Shown here: positions 62,420-64,000 of the stretch, one piece after another
Layout: each line of letters opens with the position of its first letter
Numbering within the stretch: the stretch's first letter is position 1
Assembly (NCBI GenBank): GCA_008632985.1
Contig: QPGO01000251.1
Location: forward strand, 1 to 64,000
DNA length: 64,000 nucleotides
Origin: Psammoneis japonica
Lineage: Eukaryota
Reading direction: 5' to 3'
Position numbers and translations under genes: made by a program
Notes under the pieces: generated by a model
What the model was told of the DNA's origin: nothing
The model's input: only the letters and a program-made list of their open reading frames with translations
Database searches by the model: none

Positions 62420-64000
62420 ATGGCTGATTGGGCTACCGAGTCGTCGAGCAAGGACCTCGTCGGTGGCGCTGGTGGTGTTGGAGGTGGCGACGCAAGTGAC
62501 CGCACGGCTGTCGTCTCTGCCAAGCTTAAGAAAATTTATCGCAAGTCTGTGCTTCCCGTGGAGAAGCGTTACCGCTATGATTACTTTTATGAAAGCCCGC
62601 TCTTGACAGATGTGGAGTTTGATGGTGCGTTTGTTGTTATTCTTCTTGTGTGCGGTCGTTTTCGTTTGTTTGTGTTTCTCACACGCATACCGTGGTACGA
62701 CTCGTGCTCGTTTACTCCCACTCACGAACCGGTTCTTATGTTATGTAACAGCCAAGCCTCAGGTACTCCTGGTTGGGCAATACAGTGTAGGAAAGACGTC
62801 GTTCATTCGCTACCTGTTGGGTAGAGATTTTCCTGGTCAAAGGATTGGACCGGAACCCACCACGGATAGGTTCACAGTCCTTATCAACGGGCCAGAGGAA
62901 CGCACTATTCCCGGAAACGCCTTGTCGGTCCATCCGGATCTGCCCTTTCGGGGTTTGGAACGGTTCGGTGTGTCGTTTCTAAGTCGCTTTGAGGGCAGTC
63001 AATTGCCTTCTTCGGTGCTCAGATCAATCACTCTTGTGGATACGCCTGGTATTCTTTCGGGTGAAAAGCAGCGTGTGAACCGTGGGTATGATTTCACCAA
63101 GGTCGTTTCTTGGTTTGCAGAGGTACGTTATGGGAAAGTGGAGGATGTATGTAGAAGTCTTTTGTTTTCAACTCAATACTGGGTGCTTTCTCCTGTTTCT
63201 TGCGTTGTCTATTTCAGAGAGCAGACCTGATCATTCTCCTCTTTGATGCCCACAAGCTCGACATCTCTGACGAGCTAAAGGGAGCTATTGACGTGCTCAA
63301 AGGACATGAGGACAAGATTCGCTGTATTCTCAACAAAGCTGATCAGATTGATCGACAGCAGCTCATGCGTGGTGCGTGTGCGGGAGGAATCGATTTGTAT
63401 GAATTCGTTGGTTGGAGTTTTTTCTCTCTCAACCGGTTGCTTCTCGTTTCTCACATATTTCTATGATTTCAGTGTACGGCGCTCTATTGTGGTCTTTGGG
63501 TAAAACCATGACGTCTCCCGAGGTAGCTCGCGTTTATGTTGGCTCTTTCTGGCAAGAACCGCTGCACACGCTGGATAATGCAGAGCTGTTCGAAGCAGAG
63601 GAAAAGGACCTTATGCGTGACCTTGCCATTCTTCCGCGACAGTCGGCTGTTCGAAAGATCAATGAGGTAAGATATCTTTCGGAAAGGTAGGGACAAGGTG
63701 CAATGTTTCCTGTCGAACGATTTCTTATTGAAGCGGCTCGTTTTGGTTTTATTCCTATTCAGCTGGTGAAACGGATTAGGAAAGTCAAAACCCTCGCGTA
63801 CATTATTGGATACTTGAAGGCGCAGATGCCTTCACTTATGGGCAAGGAGAAGAAGCAGCAGAAGCTCATTAATGATTTACCAAACGTTTTCCGGTCTATT
63901 TTGAAGAAGTATAATCTTTCACCCGGTGACTTTCCCGTGAGTTACCAACGTTGTCGGCTTTGTTGCTGTTCTAGTTGTGCTCTACAGTGGGCTCACCTTT
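62420..64000 (+). CDS. EHD: EH-domain-containing dynamin-like ATPase (EHD family), multi-exon, 3' end outside the window
   Basis: [91 protein letters not shown]. Confidence 0.95.

Overview
Eukaryotic genomic DNA, very probably from a diatom: short GT-AG introns, two heat-shock factors, signal peptides cleaved before Phe, and a protein with repeated CxxC...HxxxC modules. About two-thirds of the window is ordinary gene-dense DNA with about 18 genes (NOL8-like, 2 HSFs, a methyltransferase/EF1B-GEF fusion, GCLC, SLC35A, lipoyl synthase, PDZ protein, PUS3, nucleolin-like, p24, alpha-kinase, PsbP-like, CLEC16A/FPL, DMT transporter, EHD). Several of these carry 1-bp frameshifts that look like assembly indels. 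The other third lies in four blocks (~7.6-18.1, 35.3-41.6, 43.4-44.9 and 55.6-59.2 kb) of decayed transposon-like DNA nearly devoid of TpA and mostly of CpG. A 0.5-kb duplication gives a before/after pair: by hand alignment, 28 of the 30 TpA in the copy at 56076-56583 read CpA or TpG in the copy at 56820-57328, while most CpGs are kept. Tyr->Cys/His changes in a pogo transposase relic give the direction TA->TG/CA. This points to a repeat-targeted A:T->G:C hypermutation process, the mirror image of fungal RIP, which is the most interesting signal here. No gene for such machinery is recognisable in the window, and a base-calling artefact on modified DNA has to be excluded. All counts are by eye and block borders are approximate.
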